Source: a phage. From it: a stretch of 64,000 bases of DNA. The notes below the pieces were generated by a model, which worked only from the letters and a program-made list of their open reading frames with translations, did not search any database and had not been told where the DNA came from. Location: NCBI GenBank assembly GCA_011939005.1, contig GCA_011939005.1_4858.1. The stretch is one strand, 5' to 3'. Below, piece by piece: positions 1 through 8,951 of this stretch (position 1 is its first letter; each line of letters starts with the position of its first letter). Both the position numbers and the translations under genes were made by a program.

Positions 1-891
1 GGTTTATCATACCTCACGCAGAATCTGTAAATTTTAATCAGCCAGGTACTGGCGTTTCACAACGGGAGTACCCACCCCTCTCGTCTGTTCCGAGCCGTCA
101 AGATCCGATCACCCCACTTTGGAGTTATCCCCCAAGTCTGCGGTTCTACACGCAGACCCCTTTTCGACGCAACGCCGAATTCGAATCAGTTTTGGCCCGA
201 CGCCAGAGCGGAATCAGCGATAACTATCGGAGGTAAGTTCAACGACGTCTCTCCGCTGCCCAGTCCTCTGGCGCTGCCACGGTCAACTCGGATTTTGTCA
301 TGGGTGCGCAGTCGACTTTCTCGACACTCTCGCAAACCGAACTACGCCCGACGTAGCACCGTCGGCAGGTCGGTTATTTACCGAGTACCTGAATGGGTGG
401 TGATTGTCGGAATCCCCGCCGACGCTCACCGGTTCTGTTCCACGGCGAAAGTTTTCCAGAACATAATAAATCACGCAGTGTTAGATTGCGCTTTGTCGAA
501 GACACCACGGTAGGTATTTTCGAAAAAGCGTCCTGGGTATCAGTCCCAGGACTTGGAGCCCTAGTGTGCAGGGTTTAAAAAGTGATTGGACCATTGGCGC
601 GGTCAATCGCTATTCGCATATAACAACAAACTCACGTAATCAAAAAATTACCGGCTCGAGGCGTAGGCGTCCAGGAGCCGGTGAGTCACACAGCAGTGAG
701 TCCCTCTGCGGGGATTTTCGTGGAGCTTGTCGTTGGAATAAAAATCCGTCCCCGGACGGGTTGGTGTTGTGGGTCGACTTGTCAGAGTCTACCTACCAGG
801 GAGGCGACCACCAAAGCTATGGGTTTTTGGACATCGAGTGGTGGTCTGAACACACGATAGGGAAACCACGTAAAAAATACACAGGGTACCC

Positions 892-1135
892 GATCTCGGT
901 CTTCCGTCCGATCACGATCTCTTAATAAGGATCACGCGCGCGCCCGCACGCGTTTTAAGATCTTAATATATTAATATATTTATTTATATAAATAATTATA
1001 ATAATTAAATATAATACCTAAAGGTATTATTATATTTAATATTATTATATATTTTAAAAGATCCTGGAGGATACGGGTGCGCGCACGCGCACGCGTATAA
1101 GGAAAGGGTCTTCGACCCGATCCACAGGATCGATC
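892..1135. promoter_or_regulatory. Candidate cis-acting element (replication-origin-like): A+T core 953-1059 with central palindrome 1011-1030, flanked by alternating Pu/Py GC tracts 933-952 and 1077-1096, 9 GATC sites
   Basis: Direct reading: GATC at 892, 910, 916, 930, 959, 1060, 1119, 1128, 1132; core has only 6 G/C in 107 nt; function is inference. Confidence 0.3.
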
Positions 1136-1686
1136 TAAAAAACAATCTAAGTGATTGTTTTAAAAAGAAATTTTGAGAATTAGATTAAATTATCCCCTAA
1201 GGGGGATTTTAGAGTGAGTTAAACAACCCAAAGAACTCGTAAGTAACCGACAGTGTGTGTCGGTTACAGAACGATCCAGTTTTCACCCAGACATGGCACG
1301 AAGTGCTACCCAACGTGTGATCGTCGCGGCGACCGGCGACCGTCGTCCCGGAACCGAAACGGGAATGGCTCTCTCGCGCTCTCAGCGGCCCGCTGGCGCG
1401 ATTTTCCGGTAGGGGGAACCCAAGTGTACTGGGTCAGTTATAAATCTCGTTCTAGCGCTTTCTAGAGCGTTTTTAATAACCGGTTAAAAAACATACAATC
1501 CTGAATCCCCATTCCCCGTATTTCCTCGCCCCGACAAAAATAAATTCACCGACTCGATGCAAGACCCCCTCTAAAACGCACGTAATTGACCCTAGAAAAC
1601 GATAAACTATCAAAAATGAGCTACCCTACATCCAGACCACTTAATCGTTTTCTGGTGTTTCCTAGACCTCTTTAATCGGATGGTTA

Positions 1687-1734
1687 AAAAAACAAAAAAA
1701 ATAAGATTGGCGTACTCCCCGAAGAGAGTACGCC
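1687..1734 (-). terminator. Intrinsic terminator (stem 1709-1717/1726-1734, UUCG-type loop on minus RNA, U-tract from plus A-run 1686-1704)
   Basis: 9-bp GC-rich stem directly 3' of minus-strand gene ending at 1742, followed on minus strand by long U-run. Confidence 0.7.
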
Positions 1735-1741
1735 TAGTGAC

Positions 1742-2251
1742 TTAACACTTGATGGTGTAGCCATCAAGGCCAAGGTGTACTGGTTTTATCCATAACCCTG
1801 GCTCCCCGAAAATATTCAGGTCGTAAGTTTGGTAATGCATGATCTTTGCAGGAACATGCACACCCATGCGTTGCAGAAATTCCCAGACGGCGACGTAGCG
1901 TTCACGAGTGATGAACATTAGCCCGGAGTCGAACCCGGAACCGATGTCTAGGAAATTACCAAGAGAACTGTCAAAACTTGACACCCCATCTTGAGTAAGT
2001 GCGACCAACCCTTTAGTTAAATCTCTGTGGTTGTCAATGAAGTTACAGAGATCTACGATGGTTATTTGACCGTAAATACGACGGAGGACGGCAGCAACAG
2101 CCAAAATCTCGCTGGTATTTCCGTAGTCACCTAAAGGGTTATGGTCCATCATCGCAGTAATTATGCTTGTGTCGCAGAGGTCGATTAACCGCTGGTCGTG
2201 TACCACCAGGTTAAGACCTTGCTCCACCTGCACGGTTGGCGCAGTAAACAT
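1742..2251 (-). CDS. Hypothetical protein (about 169 aa; ORF extends to 2296 but internal ATG at 2251 follows SD ggag and avoids overlap)
   Basis: Six-frame ORF; SD ggagcctcct immediately before ATG at 2251 and just after stop of upstream gene. Confidence 0.5.
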   Translation of the reverse strand: MFTAPTVQVEQGLNLVVHDQRLIDLCDTSIITAMMDHNPLGDYGNTSEILAVAAVLRRIYGQITIVDLCNFIDNHRDLTKGLVALTQDGVSSFDSSLGNFLDIGSGFDSGLMFITRERYVAVWEFLQRMGVHVPAKIMHYQTYDLNIFGEPGLWIKPVHLGLDGYTIKC

Positions 2252-2261
2252 AGGAGGCTCC

Positions 2262-3395
2262 TTACGTTTTGACTGACTGTGAAGGTAATCTGGCATCGTA
2301 CATTAAAAAGATTTCCAGCAGGTTCATACCCGTCGCGTAAAAGATTTGGTCTGTGATGACACTCACTAACGCATCTGGGTCAATCGCATCTACTGCGAAA
2401 TCGCTGTCGAACTGCCAGAACTCGACGTCATCCCCCTTTTCAAACGTCGCGGCATACAATCCAGGTTTCACACCACGCCGGAACGAAAAGAGTTTTGCGT
2501 CAGACTCAGTGTCCTTACCATAAATTTCCCCGTCGGTCAGTGTGATCGCTGCGCGTTTACACCGAGTTACCGTAAGGAGCGCACGGTTTGCAGATGCTTG
2601 CGATTTAAACGGATAGGGGCCATCGTATGTCGGGACATTCTGGTCGCCTAAGGCATCAAGTGCCTTACTCCGATAGACTACCGGAGACTTAAAATTACAC
2701 AGTCGATTCCCTTCGGTAAACATTGTGTATTCGACCTTAACGTCGGTACCGACGAGGTCAGCAGGGGACACTTTGTAGTGTGCTAACTGTCCCTGCACGC
2801 GGCGAGAGAGCATCGATGCCAGGAACGTGTGGTTGCCCTGTGTACGCAAGACATACCCAAACTCTGTGCAGTCGACGATACGAGCGTCCATACGCCGTAC
2901 AGGCTCCAGCCGGTAAGTCACATCATTCGCTTCGATAAGAAACTGACTGATGCTAACATCGCGAGATCGATGTTTGATTGCTTCAAACACTTCACCCGCT
3001 TCCAGAATAGCTGGTTCAATTACATTGACCTGGAATGGGAGGGGTTTCGTCGGCCGTTGACCCATTGTTGTCACTGTCATCGAACGTAGCCACGGGTCGT
3101 CCTCGCTAGGGTCATTGGAGAGCCAATGCGTTAACCAGCGAGAAAGATTCTGGGGAATCGTTGCGGTTGAATATAAAATCACGGTACCCATTATGCCTGC
3201 ATCGGCCAGCAAGCGCGCGAGTACCGTGTTCATCGAATCGTATTTGCCATTTCGAAGAATAGGTAATCCCCCGACCTGGACCATTTCGCAGATGACGCCG
3301 TGCGGCAGCACCCACATCTTCACTTGTTGGGCAGAATGTATCTGCCCCGTGCGTAGCTTTTCTTGCCACGCGTGCTTACGTTCATAGTTCATCAT
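2262..3395 (-). CDS. Hypothetical protein, 377 aa
   Basis: Long ORF, SD aggag upstream, followed by terminator at 1709-1734 after next gene. Confidence 0.6.
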   Translation of the reverse strand: MMNYERKHAWQEKLRTGQIHSAQQVKMWVLPHGVICEMVQVGGLPILRNGKYDSMNTVLARLLADAGIMGTVILYSTATIPQNLSRWLTHWLSNDPSEDDPWLRSMTVTTMGQRPTKPLPFQVNVIEPAILEAGEVFEAIKHRSRDVSISQFLIEANDVTYRLEPVRRMDARIVDCTEFGYVLRTQGNHTFLASMLSRRVQGQLAHYKVSPADLVGTDVKVEYTMFTEGNRLCNFKSPVVYRSKALDALGDQNVPTYDGPYPFKSQASANRALLTVTRCKRAAITLTDGEIYGKDTESDAKLFSFRRGVKPGLYAATFEKGDDVEFWQFDSDFAVDAIDPDALVSVITDQIFYATGMNLLEIFLMYDARLPSQSVKT

Positions 3396-3467
3396 TGGGT
3401 AAAATCTCCTTCAGGTATACTCTCAGTATGATAACATATATCCGTAAATTTTTAGAGGTTTAGCGCC

Positions 3468-4844
3468 ATGTCTGAATTGGTTTATGATTTCAGTGCCGGT
3501 TGTTATCGTGATACCGGAGTGAAGGTTGCCGTCGAATCATTCGGACGTGACCCATTCTTCGACGATGACACGTATTCTACGGGCTTGTATTACGACTACG
3601 GTTTTGGCGGCTACGTTCCGATGGGACTGGTGGTTGCTGCAGAAGCCATGAAGAATGACCGATTACGTAAAGTGTTTGACGAATGTTTTAAACATGTCGT
3701 TATCGATCGTCGTTTTGCAAAGCAAATTCAACTTCACGTGGATAACATTCTTAAACGTGAAGGCAATGTGGAGTGGCTAGGGTCTAATCTATTAGGCGTC
3801 CACACCATTCGTTTCTACGATTCTGACCGTAACCGCTTTTTTGAAGATGTCTTGAAAGTGGATGAAGATTATCTGTTCGAGATGATTAAAGAATCGGGTA
3901 CGATTAACACCGACTGGGCAGTGGCGGGTGATCCGTATAACCTCTCTACGGTGTATACTCTACATCGAATGATGTCGAAATTCGCCGATCGTGAAATCCA
4001 CGCCGCGGCGGTATCGTTAGTAACGCTTCTGCAATTCAAATTCTACTCCAGTATATATTATCACTTCTTCCCCAAGCCGGTCGACATGGCCGCTGCCGAC
4101 GCCGCATACTCGATGTTGTCGTTAAAGTTCGATATCCGTCGTTTAGGCAACTGGGGTCTGCACATGCAGGAGCGTTCAGAATACTTCTGTTCTCCGGAGT
4201 ACCCAAACTACGACGCGGTTAAACGTTTTGATACGCCAGACCTGGTATTGCGTTTTATCACCGACCTGAACACCCGTACCAAACAAACTGTGAAGGACTA
4301 TTACGCGGTATTGGACAAAGTGCGTCGTGATAACAGTCGTGTAATTACGCAGTCAACCCGAATTGAGTTAGACGGTGAATCGATTATCCGTGACAAAGTG
4401 GGTGCGCTGGATATCGCTAAGCAGAATTTGTTCGATGCGTCTTACGACATCAACAATCTCTACAAAGAGCAATTGGCAAAAGTGGTATTGGAGCTAGTAC
4501 CCAAAGCATCTCCCGCGGCACTGAAAACTTTGCTGGCGTATATTGCAAGTCTACCGCTTGGCAAAAAGCGCGATGAGATTAACGCTATCATGGAGGACAC
4601 GCTATCGCACGCGTTCGACGAAATTGTTACCTCTCGTCTGAACTTTAACGATGCGAGCACGGTTCTACTGCGTATGCGTTCGTTGTACCAGGCTTCGAAG
4701 TCCCCTAACCCATACGTGTTATCGTTGCGTGAACGGATTGAGAAACTGGCCGCACGGGAAACACACATCCGCCATGAAGCCGCGTTGGCCGCTTTGCGTA
4801 ATGCGTTACTGTTGTACTTCTTGATCCGCTCTTTGCAGAAATAA
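3468..4844 (+). CDS. Hypothetical protein, 458 aa
   Basis: Long ORF with SD gagg upstream and strong terminator downstream. Confidence 0.7.
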   Translation: MSELVYDFSAGCYRDTGVKVAVESFGRDPFFDDDTYSTGLYYDYGFGGYVPMGLVVAAEAMKNDRLRKVFDECFKHVVIDRRFAKQIQLHVDNILKREGNVEWLGSNLLGVHTIRFYDSDRNRFFEDVLKVDEDYLFEMIKESGTINTDWAVAGDPYNLSTVYTLHRMMSKFADREIHAAAVSLVTLLQFKFYSSIYYHFFPKPVDMAAADAAYSMLSLKFDIRRLGNWGLHMQERSEYFCSPEYPNYDAVKRFDTPDLVLRFITDLNTRTKQTVKDYYAVLDKVRRDNSRVITQSTRIELDGESIIRDKVGALDIAKQNLFDASYDINNLYKEQLAKVVLELVPKASPAALKTLLAYIASLPLGKKRDEINAIMEDTLSHAFDEIVTSRLNFNDASTVLLRMRSLYQASKSPNPYVLSLRERIEKLAARETHIRHEAALAALRNALLLYFLIRSLQK

Positions 4845-4895
4845 AATAAAATGCCACCTCTCCAGTTTCGGAGAGGTGGCTACGTCGTATTTTTT
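4841..4895. terminator. Bidirectional intrinsic terminator between convergent genes (hairpin 4853-4880, 11-bp stem)
   Basis: Perfect 11-bp stem gccacctctcc/ggagaggtggc, T-run 4889-4895 on plus, A-run 4841-4850 giving U-run for minus. Confidence 0.75.
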
Positions 4896-4910
4896 CGAGT
4901 TAAAGTTGAT

Positions 4911-5153
4911 TCAGGCGAGTGCTCCCGATACGGCAACTTGATGTAGGGTATACACAACGTGTAGCCCCGCGGTCGATAGTCCACCGATAAGCAATACGCC
5001 AAAGCTACAGATAATCTGTCCGAGCCGCATTGTGCGTGTGCAGACATCGTGGCTTTGTGCGTGTATGCGTATTACTTCGATGGTGTGGCGTAAGCCAAAG
5101 TACAGGCAAATCCACATTACCAGCACGATTGCATAGTAGAGTTGAGTCATCAC
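4911..5153 (-). CDS. Small membrane protein with two predicted TM helices (holin-like candidate)
   Basis: 80 aa, two hydrophobic stretches (LYYAIVLVMWICLYFGL and IICSFGVLLIGGLSTAGLHVV); start overlaps terminase stop by 4 nt. Confidence 0.45.
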   Translation of the reverse strand: MMTQLYYAIVLVMWICLYFGLRHTIEVIRIHAQSHDVCTRTMRLGQIICSFGVLLIGGLSTAGLHVVYTLHQVAVSGALA

Positions 5154-7261
5154 TTCATCCTCTGTCGTTGGATTAGCTCTTTCAAGCTTTCCATCGATGC
5201 GACGTTACGAACGTCAGTGTTGAGTTGAGAGACGAGCGCTTGAATACGATTCTTGTACATGAGCTGTTGTACCGGGTCGGCTACAACTTGACTCTGTCTA
5301 ATCATCGTTTCAATTTGCCCCATCAGTTGTTGTTGCTTTTCTTCTTCCTCGACTGCAGCCTCTTCATCGAATTCACCTGCCATGCCCCCAAGCATATTGC
5401 GGTTGCGCATCATCAGTCGGCTGTTACTTATACCGTAGTGGCCTAAGTTGTTGCCGAACAGAAGTAACCACATTGCCAGAAGCCAGGATATTACCAGGTC
5501 ATCGTGACCGGATGCACGGTGGTCTATGCGCCCGTTTCGTTCGACGAGACCGAGGATTTGGTCGATCAATTCGCCTGACCGCAGTAAGTCCGCAGAAAGA
5601 CGCAACGCCGTGGTAAATACTTCACCATACAACTTACGGCGTTTATCCTGGTCGGTTGAGAAACCGATGTATTTACGGAATTTGTCCCAGAAGCGCTCTG
5701 GACTGCCCACAGGGCCACGATGGAACTCTTTGTAAAGTTCATCGTTCCTTGAGTAATCCTGGGTCACTTTCACGTACAAACGACGATGCAAATCGCGAAC
5801 CTTAGATTGCAGCTGCAGTATAATGGCATCTGCTACCGAGGAGCCGGTAGACCGTCGTTCCAGAATGAGTACCGTGTTCGGATATTCGATCATGAAGTCT
5901 GCTAAGTGAATCGCAAACCCGATGACGTTTGTTTCGTTCACGGTGAGCTTGCCGGCATATTCGGCAGTGACAGAGTTGACGATTGACATGGCAATGGCGT
6001 CACGTCCAACGGCTTCGGAAGTATCCAAACCGATGATGTGGCGGTCTTGCATTTTAACCAGCATCTGCTCTTCAGTGTAATACCAATCCGTTACGTAGTT
6101 GGATGCAGAGATAATTTTCTGCGCCGCACGAACACGCGAGTCGTTCATACGTCTTGCATCATCGCCTGAGAACGGTTTGTTGTAACCACCGGTTGTCCAT
6201 TCACCACCGAAGTCACGGCGGATTTGGTCTAGTGTACCTGGGGCGTTCGCAATCATATCTGCGAGTTCTTCGTCCGTGGTACCGAGTTGGCGGTGGTTGT
6301 ATTTCACGTAGAACATGATACGTGGAATCTTCGCAGTAGAGCCTTTGCGAATCATGTCAATCAGTTGTGCACGAGTCGGAATGTCGATATACCGTTCATC
6401 CCACGAAATCCCCGACGTCATCAGGCTGTACATGTACTCGCCTTCTTCTGTCGCCAAATCCCCAGGCGTTGTTGCGAAGACGTTGCCGTATGGAACACCT
6501 TCGGCTTCGTTAATACGACGCGCCGCGGTACCCGATGCTAGTGCAGCAGGGAGGATATGGTGGATGTTGTTGGTAAACGGTCCTTCATCCGAGAACAGGC
6601 GTCCGGCTGTGAGTCCACGGCCTACCCCGTTCGCAGCTTCCTTATCGTTTTGACCGATGCCGGTGATAAGTTTGTTACCCTGTGCTAGACAAGCAAATGT
6701 CTCACGGTTATCAGGATCGTCCGGATGATGAGGCCAGAGATAATCCGGTAACGCGTTACGCAGTTGTTTCATTTTGTTGATAGTTTCTTCACGCAGGGCA
6801 GGACCCTTCGTGATAAGAATCGTACGTGAGTTCTCCAGGAAGCGCATCAGCCACAATAGCAATGCGGACATCCCGACGGTCTTACCATGCTGACGGAGAA
6901 ACTCGATAGCGGCGTCGATGTTGTTGAAGAAAATCCAATACATCGAAAAGTTACCGCGGTCTAGACGAAACGGCATCCCGTTCTTTACACCATCCGCAGG
7001 GACCCGGACACACTCACGGAAGAAGTACCATGGGTTTTCCGCACACTCCGTAACAATCATCGCTTTTTGTTCGAGTGTTAAATCCGGGCTAAACGGATCA
7101 ACACCACGGAGTTCGGGATTGTGTAATGCCAGGTGGACGTACCAATGCTGGACACCTAATCCTTGTAGTGTTGTGGCGAATTGAAGGAAGTGCACGTTTG
7201 GTGTGACATCGTCAACAATCGCCCCCGGATAGTGTCGCCAATCGTTTTTTCGCAGTATCAT
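5150..7261 (-). CDS. terL: Terminase large subunit (T4 gp17-like)
   Basis: 703 aa; LRQHGKTVGMSALL resembles T4 gp17 Walker A SRQLGKTTVVAIF; C-terminal GHDDLVISWLLAMWLL resembles gp17 nuclease motif GYHDDLVMSLVIFGWL (both from memory); SD ggag. Confidence 0.9.
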   Translation of the reverse strand: MILRKNDWRHYPGAIVDDVTPNVHFLQFATTLQGLGVQHWYVHLALHNPELRGVDPFSPDLTLEQKAMIVTECAENPWYFFRECVRVPADGVKNGMPFRLDRGNFSMYWIFFNNIDAAIEFLRQHGKTVGMSALLLWLMRFLENSRTILITKGPALREETINKMKQLRNALPDYLWPHHPDDPDNRETFACLAQGNKLITGIGQNDKEAANGVGRGLTAGRLFSDEGPFTNNIHHILPAALASGTAARRINEAEGVPYGNVFATTPGDLATEEGEYMYSLMTSGISWDERYIDIPTRAQLIDMIRKGSTAKIPRIMFYVKYNHRQLGTTDEELADMIANAPGTLDQIRRDFGGEWTTGGYNKPFSGDDARRMNDSRVRAAQKIISASNYVTDWYYTEEQMLVKMQDRHIIGLDTSEAVGRDAIAMSIVNSVTAEYAGKLTVNETNVIGFAIHLADFMIEYPNTVLILERRSTGSSVADAIILQLQSKVRDLHRRLYVKVTQDYSRNDELYKEFHRGPVGSPERFWDKFRKYIGFSTDQDKRRKLYGEVFTTALRLSADLLRSGELIDQILGLVERNGRIDHRASGHDDLVISWLLAMWLLLFGNNLGHYGISNSRLMMRNRNMLGGMAGEFDEEAAVEEEEKQQQLMGQIETMIRQSQVVADPVQQLMYKNRIQALVSQLNTDVRNVASMESLKELIQRQRMK

Positions 7262-7305
7262 ACAATCTCCATACCTCCACCCCCGAAGGGGTGGAGGAAG
7301 GTTTG

Positions 7306-8949
7306 TTACTCGATGTGGTGCGCCAGCATTGGCGTAGCCGCGAGGTTAAGCGTATCCGTAGGAGTGCGACGAATCCAGCGAATAACTAACGAATCGTCCA
7401 GAGCGATACGATAATCTACCGTTTGCTCATTTAACCACTCATCGATGCTGTGGGTGTAAACCTTACCACCGACATGCACCTCAAAGTGTGTAGGCTCGGG
7501 AGCCTCAGATTCATTACGACGATCGTAGAGCGGATAAATCGGCTCGTACAACGCTTTAAGCCACTCGGCTTTAGAGGCACAACCACAACGAAGGTTCAGC
7601 GTGGAGTAGTTGACATTGGAGTATTTGAACTCTGCCCAAATTTCATTACCGTAGACCAGCCCATCAGGCAGGTATTCGATAAGGAAGTTGGTATTCAACT
7701 CGTTACCTGGGTTCACTAACGTGATGGCGAAAGACTGCGCCTGGATGAATGCGCGGAATTGTGGATTTACTTTGCTGATATCCACCTGCACGTTCAGACG
7801 CTGTTTCACACCCATCAATAGTGGGTCGAATGTAGTCCCTGTGGTGTACTGGATGTTTGCGGTCGCGTCGTAGACTTGGCCGCGTGTCAGGTTGTACAGC
7901 AGGAACGACAGACGATAGCCACGGTTCGCATCCAACCAACGCGGAACCACAAACAGCTTCATGGAATAAGCACCATCGACTGTTTCGGTTACAGCGGTGT
8001 AGTCTTTGACAATTGTATCTTTAACAATGTCAGTACCACCGTAGGTTTCACCGCGAGCCAACTGATAGCTTAACTGGCAAGGTAACTCATTACCGGCGTT
8101 TGAAGCGATGTAAAACGTGTCATGTGCACCAGAGTTACGCAGACCGTTAAACTTCACACGCGAACCATCGATAGGTAGGCGTTTGGTTCCGTCGCTGTAC
8201 TGGATGTCACACCACAGCGGAATAGATTCCAGCGGGATGTTAATCGGCAGCGTCAGCGTAGTACCATTGTCGTCTACCAGGAACGGTGAAACCAGTTTAA
8301 TACCTAGCACAGTGCGAGACGGAGTCTCTTGCGCCATCACCAGATTGGTCTTGATGATGTGACCGTGGGCGATCTGAACAACGTTACCGGTGTCAGAGTA
8401 AACCAGGAAAGTACACTCTTCACCGTTACTGACTTCAGCCAGACAGCTCCCAGGAATCGCTTGTTTCACCACAGTTTCTGCGTCAGCCGCACTGATAGTC
8501 TGCACCGGCAGATAGTTCTTTTTCAGAACCCCGTCTTTGTAATACCCAGACAGGATTTCTGCAGCATCGTTTACAGATGAGCCACGCAGGATACGCACAC
8601 CATCGATATCAGGACCGTTGAAAGTGACGGCATCATCGATAACCATCGTCGGTGGAAGTTTGGTGCTGTCCACGTAGACGCGATATCTGTCAGAGCGTAG
8701 TGGGTAGTGACCATTAAGACGCCCGTCTTGGTTTGCCACACCAACGCCACCGAACGGTTCTGTTTCCCACGACGGTACCGAATAGTTTACGCTAACCACG
8801 CGGTCAAAGCCGGAGGTCATGTCGTTCACGATAAGGTCACGTGGGTTAGGTACGTAACCTGTTGGTTTGTTTGGTTCGTACAATTCACTCGGGTCCCAGA
8901 CTTCGAACCCGCGATCCTTGTCGATTAATTTGGACGCAATCTTCGCCAT
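7306..8949 (-). CDS. Hypothetical protein, 547 aa (probable virion/structural by context)
   Basis: Long ORF in terminase operon; function not recognisable. Confidence 0.6.
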   Translation of the reverse strand: MAKIASKLIDKDRGFEVWDPSELYEPNKPTGYVPNPRDLIVNDMTSGFDRVVSVNYSVPSWETEPFGGVGVANQDGRLNGHYPLRSDRYRVYVDSTKLPPTMVIDDAVTFNGPDIDGVRILRGSSVNDAAEILSGYYKDGVLKKNYLPVQTISAADAETVVKQAIPGSCLAEVSNGEECTFLVYSDTGNVVQIAHGHIIKTNLVMAQETPSRTVLGIKLVSPFLVDDNGTTLTLPINIPLESIPLWCDIQYSDGTKRLPIDGSRVKFNGLRNSGAHDTFYIASNAGNELPCQLSYQLARGETYGGTDIVKDTIVKDYTAVTETVDGAYSMKLFVVPRWLDANRGYRLSFLLYNLTRGQVYDATANIQYTTGTTFDPLLMGVKQRLNVQVDISKVNPQFRAFIQAQSFAITLVNPGNELNTNFLIEYLPDGLVYGNEIWAEFKYSNVNYSTLNLRCGCASKAEWLKALYEPIYPLYDRRNESEAPEPTHFEVHVGGKVYTHSIDEWLNEQTVDYRIALDDSLVIRWIRRTPTDTLNLAATPMLAHHIE

Positions 8950-8951
8950 GA

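Larger units (their letters stand above)
1..1740. other. ~1.7-kb region with no convincing protein-coding gene; stem-loop-rich, contains AT-rich palindromic core and GATC cluster
   Basis: Stops in all six frames within first 60 nt; the four small plus-strand ORFs listed here (295-513, 393-578, 566-925, 1253-1465) translate to Arg/Ser/Pro-rich non-protein-like sequence; many perfect hairpins (136-157, 348-365, 531-551, 650-682, 746-759, 1243-1267). Confidence 0.6.

Noticed and set aside
136-164. Plus-strand intrinsic terminator at hairpin 136-157 followed by cccctttt
   Set aside because: T-run is only 4 nt and there is no upstream plus-strand gene in the window; recorded only as a stem-loop.
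171-191. tRNA-like T-loop sequence ttcgaatc
   Set aside because: Flanking bases cannot form a T-stem (ccgaa vs cagtt do not pair) and no acceptor/anticodon arms are evident; no tRNA recognised anywhere in the window by eye.
295-1465. Small plus-strand ORFs 295-513, 393-578, 566-925 and 1253-1465 as genes
   Set aside because: Translations are Arg/Ser/Pro/Gly-rich and non-protein-like, mutually overlapping, without SD sequences; consistent with random ORFs in GC-rich non-coding DNA.
1742-3395. 1742-2296 and 2262-3395 as one frameshifted or intron-split gene
   Set aside because: An in-frame stop lies 3 codons upstream of the 2296 ATG, and an internal ATG at 2251 is preceded by a good SD right after the upstream stop; two separate genes is the simpler reading.
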